Assembly (NCBI GenBank): GCA_038496445.1
Contig: JALMLS010000061.1
Coordinates: forward strand, 62,001-126,000
DNA length: 64,000 nucleotides
DNA from: Trichosphaerium sp. ATCC 40318
Taxonomy: Eukaryota; Protista; Tubulinea
Direction of reading: 5' to 3'
The position numbers were made by a program, and so were the translations under genes. Below, piece by piece: positions 50,592-63,039 of the stretch. Numbering within the stretch: the first letter of the stretch is position 1; each line of letters starts with the position of its first letter. The notes under the pieces are model-generated. The model was given only the letters and a program-made list of their open reading frames with translations, was not told where the DNA came from and searched no databases.

Positions 50592-51513
50592 ATGACGTCT
50601 GGAAATACTTCACAAAACAACGTACAGCTATAACAACGCATTCAAACGACTAAACCAAAGAAATTAGTTTAATTCTGATGAGTATGTTCTGTTGTGTCTT
50701 CCTTTAGAACTACAACTTGAAATCGTTGATTTAAGCTTTGAAGTTTATCAAAAGTGGCCATTGTTATCAAAACACACTGCGGTAACAACAAGGTTTGATA
50801 ACGAGTTAAATAAACATGGGAAATGGATTAAACGAACTCAGGTCAGTATTAGTCACGTGTATTTCAAAAATGGTAAACGTCATGGAGACTTAAAGCGTTG
50901 GTATCCAAACAAACAATTGATGGCTCACTTTAAGTTTTTTAATGGTAAGCGAGAAGGAGAGCACAAACGGTTCTATCAAGATGGTAAACTAAAGGATAGT
51001 TTTAATTACAAAGAAGGCAAACGAGAAGGCAAAGCCACTCGGTGGTGTAGAAATGGTCAATTACAAATGCAGTACATGTATGTTAATGATAAACTAGAAG
51101 GAGAAAAAAAGAAGTGGCATGAAAATGGGCAATTAAACGAGGAAATTACTTACGTTAATAATAACAGAGAAGGAAAGCGTAGCCGCTGGTATGATGATGG
51201 TATAATGTCATTTCAAAGTACCTATGTCAAAAATAAACTTGAAGGAGAATATAAGGAGTGGCACTACAATGGGCAATTGAAATACCATGGCTATTATGTC
51301 AACGATAAACTAGAAGGAGACTGGAAACACTGGAATGAAAATGGAATTTTGCAAAGGCAAAACAACTTTGTCAATGGTAAAAAAGAAGGAGAAGCCAAGA
51401 AGTGGCATTCCAATGGCCAGCTAAAGGAAGTATCGTATTTTAAGGATGGTGAACAAAGTGGACAATGGAAAACCTACGACTCAGAAGGTATATTGATTGC
51501 AGATTTGGAGTGA
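50592..51513 (+). CDS. F-box-like + MORN-variant repeat protein, ~9-10 repeats
   Basis: Exon 1 MTSGNTSQNN, intron GTACAG...TTAG (~50622-50667), then FNSDEYVLLCLPLELQLEIVDL and EGExKxWHxNGQL repeats. Confidence 0.85.
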
Positions 51514-51879
51514 AAAAGAGTATTTAAAATAGAATTCTTAACAAGGAAAGTGTATACAACACCAAAAAATGTAACATACTCGCGTTTTTCTGCTTGTTCG
51601 AAATAAAACACTTAAACCCACGTGATCTACTTTCATGTTAACTTCTCACTTGAAAGCTATTCTTTGTTAGCGCTAAATTATAGGTTTCGAGCTGGTTTGT
51701 GAGCACAGTAAGCATATTATGTAAGCTATCCTATTGATGTATCTCTAAGGAATGCTTTGTGGTAGTAAGAGCTGAAGGTCACGTACTTGCTACTAATCGG
51801 GAGTGACATTTTGAAAAGTGGTGAGTGTGCGTTTTCAGAAAATTGGCAAAAGCAATATGCGTTTTTATTGCGCTTTACA

Positions 51880-53285
51880 CTAGGTCATGGAAATCACAGT
51901 ACTATTATCGGTAAGCCAAGGTCCCCAAAAACCAGACCACTTTTCTTTTATGACTTCACAAGCTTCTTTCGCTGATTTACCTACAAAGGATGTTAAGATT
52001 AGTCGTTGACAATACTATCATTTTGATTACCTCTATTCGGATTATAAACAGTTTCGAATATTTCAGCAGCACGTGATTTCATGGCATTCAATATATCAGG
52101 CTGCTCTGAAGATAAGTCGTGATGCTCGGTTGGATCATTAATAATATCAAAAAGGCATCCAGCTCCACAATCATAACGCTTGTCATCACCTAAAAACAAA
52201 GAGTTAGAAAACTGTCATCAAACGACATTTTGCTATGGCAAATAACGCTTACCGACATAGTCTCCTCGTTTTGCAGTCGTCGCATTAGGATAGCTCATAC
52301 CAGTCCAACCGGAACACCATTGGTCTCCTTGAAGTAGCTTGTAGTTTCCTAGAGAGAAACTTAGTCACGTGATAGCAGAAAATGATAAACTGTCCTACCT
52401 TTGATCAATTGAATGGCTTGTGGCCGTTTCTTTCTACCAGGGAAACTTGCAAGAGGAATCTCAGTTCTTGGTGATGTCTTATTCTTTCCAGTAATGAGAG
52501 ACCATACACCAAGACTATCAATATCAGGAACACCAGGTACAACATCTTTAGGATCAACACCTGCCAAGTTACATAAAGTTGAATACCAGTCACAAACATG
52601 TATGTATCCATCCTGTAAGAAAGTAAGAAAAGAGTGCTTATTACTGTGAGTACGTACAGTAGATGAACCTTTCTTATCAGAAGGTATAAAACCTCCAGCA
52701 ACAAACGCAATACCACGAACACCTCTTTCCCAATCAGAGTGTTTTCCTCCTTTCAATGGATAATTATTTGCTGCTCCTCCTTTGTACGTTGGTCCGCCAT
52801 TACTTAAAGTTATGGGTAAGAAGTTTAATTTGAAGCTATTTTTCTTCTGGACCGAAGTACGTACTCTGTTGAAAATATGATCAAATTATCCCACATTTTC
52901 TTTTGTTTAAGAAGGGTTGTAATATTGTTAATGGCTTCATCAACGAAACTTGACATGCCCATGTACTTTTGTCTGTTCTCGTTGTCTAAACCAGGGTACA
53001 TATCCTTGTACTTGTCAGGAACTTCAAGAGGATCTAAATAGAGAGTAAGACAGTACAAGAAAACTCCATTTCGGGAAATGAGGTGTTTCGATTAAATTAC
53101 TGTGACAGTTTTGGAACGCCATGTAAAGAAACATAGGCTTTGATTTATCATGTGATGTTATCAAATCAAGTGCCTAGAGAGCAAGTAAGATATACGTGAT
53201 AATACAATCCAGTGACGTACTTTTTTATTGTACATGTATCCAGCATATCCAGTGTTATTCATACCTATTGCTGGTAACTCGTTCT
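51880..53285 (-). pseudogene. Arylsulfatase B-like gene, 5'-truncated
   Basis: KPMFLYMAFQNCHDPLEVP, MSSFVDEAINNI, FSTDNGG, NNYPLKGGK, IHVCDWYSTL, CLFDIINDPTEHHDLS, FWGPW. The N-terminal CxPxR catalytic region is absent; the F-box-LRR gene lies there. The usual WEGG reads WERG. Confidence 0.75.
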
Positions 53286-53456
53286 ATTGTTACTGTTGTT
53301 CTTATCTAAATGTCTGCCTTACAGCAGTCTCACTTAATAAATAGTATAACTACGGTAATCCTGTCTTATTTACATCTCTTCGTGAACCTTCAAGGTTTAC
53401 TTATAAGCGCTACCATTTCACAATCAAAAAGGAAAAAACAGCCTTGTTCATTGTGT

Positions 53457-54395
53457 ATGTCTACAAACAGTGCACAAGCAAGCATTTTGGGCTTCTCAAC
53501 AGAGATATTAGCTATTATTTTACGCGAAACCACTAAAGAGCGATTTGCAGCTTGTCAAACATGCCATCGTTTTGCAGCTGTCATTCACGACATAGTTGGT
53601 TACGAAAGCGTTACTATTTCGACGCTAGACCAAGCAAAAGCTCTATTACAGCATTCAAGTGCTCTATTGCACACAAAAATCAACATAATCGGCGAATCCT
53701 CGAAGACAATTGTCAAAGAATTTGCTGGTGTTCGGAACATTAACGTGGGAAGCACTAATGTAGCAGATGAAGGAATCATTACTCTTTCTGGGGTTCATAC
53801 TATTGATCTTAGTTTCAATACGACGGTCACGGATAAAGGCATTAAAGCTCTTTCTGGTGTTCACACCATCAATCTTGATCGCTGCGTCTTAGCAACAGAT
53901 GAAGGGATCAAAGCACTTTGTGGAGTTCATACTATTAACCTATCACACCTTAAAATTACAGATGAAGGGATCAAAGAGCTTGCAGGTGTTCACAACGTTA
54001 ATCTTTGCTACACCAATGTTACAGATGAAGGCATCAAAGCACTCAAAGGTGTACATACTATCAACCTTTCAAATTGTCCAAGCATTACAAATGAAGGTAT
54101 CAAAGCTCTCCAAGGTGTTCATAAGATTAACCTTAGTCGAAATTTCTATATAACTGATGATGGTGTCAAATCACTTTCAGGTGTTCATACCATTGACCTT
54201 AGTTTTACTTCCGTTACAGATGAAGGTATAAATGCACTAAATGGTGTCAGTGACATAAACATTGGTATGACTAAAGTCACAGATGATGGTGTTAAAGCAC
54301 TAGAAGGTCTACACTCAATTACAATTTTTGGCACTGGTGTTACAGATGTTTGCAGGGCTGAATTGAAGCTAAATGGAGTTGAAATTGAAGACTAA
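53457..54395 (+). CDS. F-box-like + leucine-rich repeat protein, intronless
   Basis: ILGFSTEILAIILRE...FAACQTCHRFA, then about 9 units of GVHTINLSxTxVTDEGIKAL (24-25 aa). Confidence 0.88.
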   Translation: MSTNSAQASILGFSTEILAIILRETTKERFAACQTCHRFAAVIHDIVGYESVTISTLDQAKALLQHSSALLHTKINIIGESSKTIVKEFAGVRNINVGSTNVADEGIITLSGVHTIDLSFNTTVTDKGIKALSGVHTINLDRCVLATDEGIKALCGVHTINLSHLKITDEGIKELAGVHNVNLCYTNVTDEGIKALKGVHTINLSNCPSITNEGIKALQGVHKINLSRNFYITDDGVKSLSGVHTIDLSFTSVTDEGINALNGVSDINIGMTKVTDDGVKALEGLHSITIFGTGVTDVCRAELKLNGVEIED

Positions 54396-55220
54396 GTCAT
54401 ACAACTTCCAAAGAAAGTGTTAAAAACTCATTTCATCCATTTGGATAAAAGAAAGCTTACCTCAAAATCACTTCTTAATTAAACACGTGATGACTGGGTA
54501 GCGTCTTACTTGCCTTATGTAATAAAGTAGTTGAGGTTTTTATTGCAGAATTATTGCGTCAAAGGCCACGAGATCATTTTCTTTGAGGTTTTTTGGGACA
54601 TTACAATCGTTATTAACACAAGCAATAGAGTTTTTTACATCATTAGCTACTGTTGGATAGCGCTCAATTAGTATCTCGATGAATCGTTCAATTGTTGTCT
54701 AATCATGTAGTCAAACACACGTGCGAAAATGCAAACAAGTTCAAGGTCTTACTTTGTGTGGAACTTCAAGGCGTAATTCTTCTACATTCTCCTCATTGGG
54801 GTGATTACGGAATACATAGCGTACTGTTATCGTCTAAAACTCAACCGTTAACAATATATTTATAACCATAAAGGGACCTACCCCGTGGGGTTTATGCGGT
54901 TTTGTTGAACCATGTAGCTTTGTTCCAGCCTTTCCAGATGTAAAATGCATCATAAACTATCAACGGTTAGTATATTACACTTGTAGTACCACAACACACC
55001 ATGTTTGTATTCACCGCGTTGTACACAATCAAACACAGAAAAACGCGCTTAATGTTGAGTCAAAGTCAGTGTCTTGACATGCGAAGAGCATGTCACATTC
55101 AATAAGCCAACTAGGGTACAGGTGTCGCAATGCAAATACTTCCACAATACGCCTAAGGCGTTTGTAAGCGAGAGATTTAAAACAGTTGACTGTTGTTTTT
55201 AAACGGATTGCCAAAAGCGT

Positions 55221-57222
55221 ATGTTCCCTGTACCTTTTGATGACAAGCTATCTCAGACTCATTTACCAACGTTTGACGAAAATGCGGCTCTAGGATTTAA
55301 TAAGGGCATTGATTCATACTACGCTGAACCAACAGTGCGTTATATGGTAGTTACGTTTATCGTTAATGACTATTATTACAGAATCAAAACACAAACAGCC
55401 CGCTAATATCACCAAGACGCACCCCTGATACTATATGGACGACCAATACAGAGAAATTTTCGTTAGATTCCATACCGCGCAATAAAGGTAAAAAACAAAT
55501 TACATTTAACTTCTAAACGTACCTAGTTATCCCATCAGGCGAAATAACCTTACACGGAACAATAGGAAGCGGTTTTTTTGGCGCAGTTTCCAAGTACGTT
55601 TAAAAAATGATAAAACTAAGATCTGTCATTACCATTCAACGCAAGAGGCGTATTAATACGCAAAAGGGGTATGTGGCGTGGCAGAAAAGTAGCTGTAAAG
55701 AAAATAACGCGTCAAACATTCAGGAAGTTATCATCGGTAGATCTATTCGGTAAAGAGATAAAGATATGGTCTATACTTGACAACCAGTACATTGTTGCAT
55801 TTCTTGGTATTTGTATTAATGCACAAGACCACTACATAGTGACAGAATGTACGTCATCCAACTGGTAACACCTTGAGATACCGAAACTCGTTTTTGACGG
55901 TCTAAGAACACCAATTTTTTAGAAAACTGAAAAAATTCTTGATATCTGCTGAAATACGATTTGAAGATTAGAGACACTCACAAAACTAAACCACTAAGCG
56001 CCAGAGAATTTTTTTCACAAACACAGTTTTTTTTCTTGGATTGTTCTTTGTGTTTTCGAACTACTTCGACGTTGAACCCACACTGGGGCACAGTTACAAG
56101 AAAATATATGACAGTGATTCTTTACCTTTTCTTAGTGCCTTTGGCTTATTCTAATTTTTAGATATGGACGGTGGTAACCTCCAAGATTTCGTCCTACAGC
56201 AAGGTGGATTACTTACAGTACAAAGAATCCTTAGTTTTGCAAAGTCTATGGCAGCAGGTATTTTTTTGTTCTGTCGCCACAAAACACCTTTTTGTTTGGT
56301 TACTATACCTATGTATTCATTTATTTCTTAAGGCGTAGCATACCTTCATGGACATACACCATCGATCATTCATCGTGATTTGACGCCTAATAACGTGTTG
56401 GTAGGCAACACTTTTTTTTCTCTTTTATTCCTATTTTTTTTGATTTTTATTCTCTCGGTTTTCTTCTTCTTGTCGTCTTACTATCTATTTTGTAGCTGGA
56501 TAGTAACTTTATTAATTGCAAAGTTGCTGATTTTGGGTTGTCTCGGTTTAAAAACCCACAAGGACTAATGAGCGCTGCTGTTGGTAGTTTAGGTGAGTTT
56601 ATACATGATTAATTATTTTTTCTTGTTTTGTTAAAATTAACACCCTCAAAATACTTTGTGATTGACTGAACTAACAATCAACGTACACATAAATACTCGC
56701 ATTATGTAATAATACGGTTTACATTGAACTCAATTAATACCTAAACTTCACTTAGTGTAGTCGTTTTCTAGAATTTTTTTTTACATTTTTTTGACTTTTT
56801 ATTTTTGTGCCTTTCTGAACGATTTAACCGTTACAATATTCCTCAAGTTACTCAAATAAATACTTACCCAAACTTAGTATATATGGCACCAGAAATTTAT
56901 AAAGGGGAGCGGTATAATGAAAAAGCTGATGTTTACAGTTTCGCCATCATTTTATGGTTTTTATTCAGTACGTGATTGTATGGTTTCTGCTTCTCTAGCC
57001 ATAGTGCTCACGTGATTTTTTATAGGCAAAACACAACCTCATGTTTTTCATAATGTATCTTCTGACTTATTCGCTTCACTTGCCGCAATGGAACAGCAAA
57101 GGCCTTCCTTGAAACGAGTTGAGATGGCTCAGTGTTGGAAAAACTTAATAAGGGCGAGTTGGAATCCTGATTTTAATCAACGCCCATCGTTTGTTGAAAT
57201 TTTAAACCTTATCAACCGGTGA
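55221..57222 (+). CDS. Tyrosine-kinase-like (TKL) protein kinase; 5' end uncertain
   Basis: [73 protein letters not shown]. Confidence 0.9.
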
Positions 57223-57509
57223 CTGTGGATTTTTTGAAACAAGTAAAAAAGGGTCTGAATGAACACTCGAGTGTAAATTTGTAGCAAAAAAAAGAAAAAA
57301 AAAAAAGGTAGCAAAAAATAAAATGCATTGTAAATTAACAAGCAGTAGTAAGGGTTTATTGTGGGAATTTATCTTCCTGATTCTCTTAGATAATGAAGGA
57401 AAGTAAACTGACAAGTATAACCATAATTGAAGGAAAGTTGAATGACCCAGATTAGCACTAAAAAAAGATAAACAATAATCCCAAGTTTTAGTTCGTTATT
57501 ACTTGGAAC

Positions 57510-58085
57510 CTACACTTTTTCATCCCTAAGAGTTTGTTTTATGGGAGGTAGTACGTAAATAAAACAGTCTTTATTGTTAACGTGAACTAACTCACTGTGA
57601 TGAACACAACCTAGCTCAAAATATGGATTATCGATATTCAGGTCAATTCCGATGATAGTTTTTTTCTCATGTATATTTGGAATTATCTGGCTAAAACCCA
57701 ACTGTTAGCTGGTTGTAGGCGTTAAATACCACCTTTGCGTGTAATCCAAGGCACTAAATAGTTTATTGGGTTTGTCTGATTGCTAAAATTAAGACTTCTA
57801 TTCTCACGTGTGATGACTTTCTATAATATACTGAATCATTGCGATTCCCACTTTTAAAGAGTTGTCTATCATAATACGCTCTAATTTGTTTTTGGGTAGA
57901 AGGGTATTACCAAGAAGGGTTATAGTTTCGGGCCTTGGAAGAAAACTCGCACTTTGAATGTCACAAAAATAATCGGGCTGTCATTGAGAATTCGAAGGAA
58001 ATTTAATAGACGCGTAATCAGCTTTTTACTCTTGTGTGGCCAAAGGGTAGCCAATTGGTACAAGTGGTAATTCGCTTGAGAGGTC
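57510..58085 (-). pseudogene. Probable decayed gene of unknown family
   Basis: Long protein-like frame (LPLVPIGYPL...PDYFCDIQSASFLPRPE...IIGIDLNIDNPYFELGCVH) broken by TAA and TGA stops. Confidence 0.3.
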
Positions 58086-58278
58086 TTTAGTGTACAATGA
58101 ACATAACAAGGAAATTAACACAAAACACGCCATTTGCAATTGTGGTACAATATTCTTTTAGTACTTCTTAACTATGTACAAGGCGCCAGTGACATTCTCC
58201 TGGAGTGCAATGACTTATAAGAGTTTTATTTAATATGTTTGATTACATTTGATTGAGATACGTATATTTATATACCTC

Positions 58279-61079
58279 CTAATTGAACAAGTACTTGATT
58301 GCCTTGTCTAAATCTCCATCACTTACAAATAAAGCTTCTTTTGCTTTTGATTCACTAAATCCAAGCTCTATCAATTTTTGTATACTATCTCTAGTAGCAC
58401 GACGTGGTGGATTGTTTGAATAAGACTGGTTTCTAGCATTGGTTGTTGTACTGAATTTAGAAGTTCTTCTTGATCCAGTTTGTCGTTCAGGTTTCCTTGC
58501 TGAAGTAGTACTGAACTTAGACGTTCTCCCCCTTGGTCCTGTTTGTCTTACAGTTTTCTGTATCTTTATGCTCTCCCACTTTCTTTGTTTTTTCTGTCTA
58601 GTACTATACTTAGACTTACGTTCTCTGTTACCTAATAGAAATTACTAACGAATACCACGGGCTAAGATCCTCGCAGTAAAAAATTGTTGGGCGTATTTTT
58701 AGTGGTTAACGCTCTATTTGAGCATGGCGTTTCATTTGGAAAAAAGCTGACTTAACACTGATATGGACTACTCGTATTCGTAGTATTTCATAACCGCTTG
58801 ATCATGATAAAAGTATCTTTTGATTGAAAAAAAAAAAAGCTCTAAAACCAACTTACTTGAACATTGTGAAAGACGTGATCCGGTGGTATTCATCTGCTCG
58901 ATTTTTTTTAGAACCTCAACAATACTACTAAATGTTGGTCTTTCTGTTGGTTGACTATCCCAACAATCTTGAGCCAAGTAGGCTAGTTCTGATACGTCAT
59001 CCTTATCCCAAATTTCGTCGGGGAAAGACGGCCTTTTAGCTTGCATTACACGACGTCTTTAATAATTAATAAGTTAATTAACCTCCGTTTTATTCTAAAA
59101 GTATTGTCGTACGCTAGGTCTGTTTTATCTATGATATCCTTCCACGCGCGCTCAGAGCATATAAGCTCGTAGCATAGTATACCAAAAGCATATACATCCG
59201 CCCTAGCGAACAAGGTTAGTTATTTCTTGAGTGCTGCGTTCTCTTGCACGTACATTTGCCAATCTTTGATTGTTACTTTACCTGGAGTATCAGGGAATAA
59301 GGCATGTACTTCTGGAGCCATGTATCTTGACAGAGATTTAAAAAAAGTACTAGAAGTGAAAAGAAAGGCGGGTTTTTTTAGAATAAAAACATGGGACATA
59401 CATTGGTGTACCCATGCCTGAACGGGTGACATTAATTGATCTGCCTCCAATACTTCTTTGTACAGTAGCTCTTTCATTCGCTGATGATACAGAAGAAAGC
59501 TTACTAATACCAGTTGTACCACAAATTCTTGAAAGCCCAAAATCTAATATTTTCACATTTGATCCAGCGTATACCATAACCTAACAAATAGGTCATTTAC
59601 TTTACATACATATAACCGTAGGTCTTACATTTTCTGCTTTTAAATCTCTATGAGATCCATTCACTTTATGTATATACTCCATACCAAGAGCAATACCCTG
59701 TAAAATCTTCAACCTTCTTTCAAAAAACTTCGGCTAAAAATAACACCAGTTAGCAGTTTACTCTCCGTTGAACACGGCCACAAGGCGGTGCGTTTAAAAT
59801 CAAGGAATTGTGATTTCAAACACATGTGAGCGCTTATTATTTGGGTCACAGATGCGTACCTGAAAAGCATTGCGTATTATAAAGTCCGTTAAAGATTTAT
59901 CCGTGTCTTCTGGAAACTCAATAATTTTTGCCAAATCATTGCCAGGAATATATTGCGTTACAATACCCAATACCTTCCTTGATACACCTCTAATATTGAC
60001 ATCACCTAAATTATACGTCAAAAATAATAACATGATTTAAAAAAAAACCTCAGCGGCACTGATCACGTGATATAATTATAAAATTTGTCAAATCTTCAAA
60101 CGCACCATTTATGTAGCCAAGGAATTTTACAATATTTTCGTGATGTAGGGACTTCAATGTTATAACCTCTCTATGAAATAAAGCAGCATCATCCCCTTTT
60201 GCATCAACAGCAGCATTTCCTTTAAGTATCTTTACAGCGACTGGCTCACCAGCAAACATCGCTAGATACACCTCTACAAAAAGAACACAAAATTAATCAA
60301 AAAAATGTATCTAACGAAAGAAGCGCATGTTACTATCTTACCTCCGTATACACCACTACCAAGGCATGCTTCATTATCGTACTTTGATATAAGCTTGTTT
60401 GTGGGAATATACTATTGAAGATAAAGCAGTTTAGAATACACAAAGTAAACTTTTTTCTTTTTTTTTTTTTTCCAAGTCGTACCTTAACGCCTGCGTCTTT
60501 TAGTGCTTGCAGTTCCCTCTCGAACTTCTCCTCGCTCTTTTCTACACGTTCTTTGACCTCTTTATTCACTTTCTCTCTTCGTTGACGCGCTTCATTTGAA
60601 TTTATTTTTTCTTGCTCTAATATACGCTTTTCAACCTCTGCTTGAAGTTTTTCGCTTTAATAGAAACGTTAGACTCGATGTCAGTTGTACGCATGTAAAA
60701 AACTCACCGATGCTCTTCTTTCCAAGCCTTACGGTTATTTTCGTGGTTTTGCTGCATTAACGCTATCATTTGGTTCATCTGTAACGAAATCAGTTACATA
60801 TTTATTATTGCTTAGTTCAAACCTGCTGTTGTTGTTGTTGCATCATTGCCTGTATAATAGGCGACATGTCAGGAGCCGATGGGCTTGAAAAAAGACCTCC
60901 CATCGTATAATATGTTGTAAACTGTTCGTAACACTATATAATATACTAAACTCGTAGTTCCTTTCCAAAGGAACTCGACGTTAAGTCAGGAACAAACCGA
61001 AGCAGAACAATTCACTTAAAGTTCCGGATTTGCCTGCTGTTGAATTGCGTCTACAAATGCTGTTAAAAAAAGAGCTCAT
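58279..61079 (-). CDS. TKL-type protein kinase with N-terminal coiled coil and C-terminal UBA domain
   Basis: LGSGVYG.VYLAMFAGEPVAVK, HRDLKAEN, KILDFGLSR, GMGTPMYMAPE, ADVYAFG, CWDSQPTERPTF. Tail KLIELGFSESKAKEALFVSDGDLDKAIKYLF is UBA-like. Confidence 0.9.
58701..58811. repeat. Dispersed short repeat, copy 2 (inside a kinase intron)
   Basis: Matches 37075-37202 in the same orientation. Confidence 0.8.
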
Positions 61080-61499
61080 TTTTGCGTAATGTTTTATCAC
61101 GTGATGTATTTGAAGTCAACAGAGCCAGATTATGTATGCACTCCACTTTTAAAACAAATTATTTATGCTCTTTAAAATACTTTTATGCGATTGATGCTTC
61201 GTGTAATAATAGTCGCACATGGTGTGAACAACCTTATTCAAGCTTAATGTATTCACTTATGTGATGTAGTCTACAATGACTCTAAAAAATAGTTTAAATT
61301 AGAGTTTTGGACTATGATTAAAAACTCGGCATTTTTGAAAATAATATTGTGCTACAGAGTTAAGTCGTTTTATACTTTTCACACTTGGTATACAGTGTTA
61401 AATAAAGCGTTTAAGCCTATGTGGAACGTACATAATATAGCTCCAATTCACAGCTGAAACTGAATCAGTGGTACTCTTGTTTTGGGTTTGTTCTTTAGT

Positions 61500-61745
61500 T
61501 TAGTTCAAATGTGTGACAATAGAGCCTGTCAGCGCCTTTATGCCTTCACCTGTTATTGCATAGCACTTAAGTAAAGAAATAGTGTACACCAACTAATGCT
61601 TTAACACCTTCATCAGTTACATAGCTACAATTTCTCAAGCGGATTCTGTGCACTCCTGCCAAAGCCTTCAAACAGTCATCTGTTACATAATAACACCCTT
61701 ATAATATTATTGTACACCAGCCAACGCTGAAAGGCCTTCATAGCT
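61500..61745 (-). pseudogene. Decayed LRR relic
   Basis: EGLSALAGV, VTDDCLKALAGVHRIRLRNCSYVTDEGVKAL and ITGEGIKALTG, with stops and frameshifts. Confidence 0.7.
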
Positions 61746-62047
61746 CACACACAAGCAAGAAAGCATAGACCAGGTGCATCAGTAAAGAATCACTTTGTAG
61801 TGAATGTATGTTTGTGTGACGAAACCATGGTATCACAAAAACCGGTAATAGTAGATTATACCTTAACAACCGCTTGGTAACAAATAAAAGCCCACACCAA
61901 CAAATAATTAACAAGTTTTGATAACAACTGTCTTGGAGTTGACCTATTGACTAGAAGATTAATAACAATCCGATTTTTATTTGGTCATTGGATAAAAACA
62001 TGGACGTTAAACTACTCAACACAGCTACAACAGTTTATTTTATTTGC

Positions 62048-62711
62048 TTATGAATACTTTCCATAAAGTACCCTTAACCCTGATGTACTCCAGCCCTTCA
62101 TCTCTCCTGTGGGTTTGCCATTGATGTAATTACATTGTATTTGTAATTGGCCATTTTCATGCCATTTATTCCACTCTCCTTCTCGATTACTGTTGATATA
62201 CTTACCTTGGGCCAGCAATTGGCCGTTTTCATACCATAGCTTGTACTCTCCTTCAAGTTTGCCATTGATGTAATTACATTGTGTTTGCAACTGGCCATTG
62301 TCATGCCACTGTTTTGACTCTCCGTGTCTTAGACCATTCTTGTATGATTCTTTCCAAAACACAACACCATTACCATGCCAACGCACATCCTGTCCATTCA
62401 CTACACCATGGTCCCATTTTCGCTGTTGTAGGAGTACATAACATTCTTGAAGAAGGGTATATCGCTTCCATTTGCCATGTTTATTAAATGATTCATCGAA
62501 ACGTATTACCACTGTTTTCGTTGACAATAGAGGCCATTTAATAAACATTTCAGGATCTGTATCTATTATTTCAAGTTGTAACTCTACTGGAAGGTCTAAT
62601 ACATTCCGAACAATCCTCGCACTTGAATTTCGCTAGTATCACCATTAAAAAAAAAAAGCACGTGCAATATTCCAAAGGAGATGTCATCGAGCGTACTTGT
62701 TTCTTTGACAT
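62048..62711 (-). CDS. F-box-like + MORN-variant repeat protein, ~5-6 repeats
   Basis: Exon 1 MSKKQ, intron GTACGC...CTAG, then RNVLDLPVELQLEIIDTDPEMFIKWPLLS and EGEYKLWYENGQL repeats. Close paralog of 50592-51513. Confidence 0.85.
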
Positions 62712-63039
62712 TTATTCGTTATTGTAAGGCCACTATTACGTACAGGAACCTTTAAAATAAGTATATTTTCTTCTAGTGGGATGAAAACCGTTAATTTAGT
62801 CCGTCGTTTGTTGGAGTAAAAGGCGTGACTGTCATTTATTTGGGTCAAACACAGTAAAAACGTGATGACATATTAGAATACTGAGAAAACCAGCGGTAAA
62901 AGGGTCAATCCGCATCATACTGTTTTGTGCACAACTCAAATGTCTAGTAAAACCAATTCAGAACCCGTTTATCATAGGTACTAGTGCTAACATATAACAC
63001 TTCTCGTTACCCTCTAAATAACATTGTAGTACAGAAGCA

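Larger units (their letters stand above)
4185..62664. promoter_or_regulatory. Dispersed CACGTG (E-box/G-box) motifs, at least 54 copies
   Basis: Hand count, e.g. 4883, 7582, 8779, 9204, 9893, 10695, 11463, 21976, 29337, 44451, 47891, 48054, 52366, 57009, 60064, 62659. Function is inferred, not shown. Confidence 0.55.

Noticed and set aside
57510-58085. Stop-codon reassignment or RNA editing to explain in-frame stops and frameshifts
   Set aside because: Conserved genes terminate at TAA, TAG and TGA and read through without internal stops. Lesions cluster in duplicated accessory copies, consistent with pseudogenes or sequencing indels.
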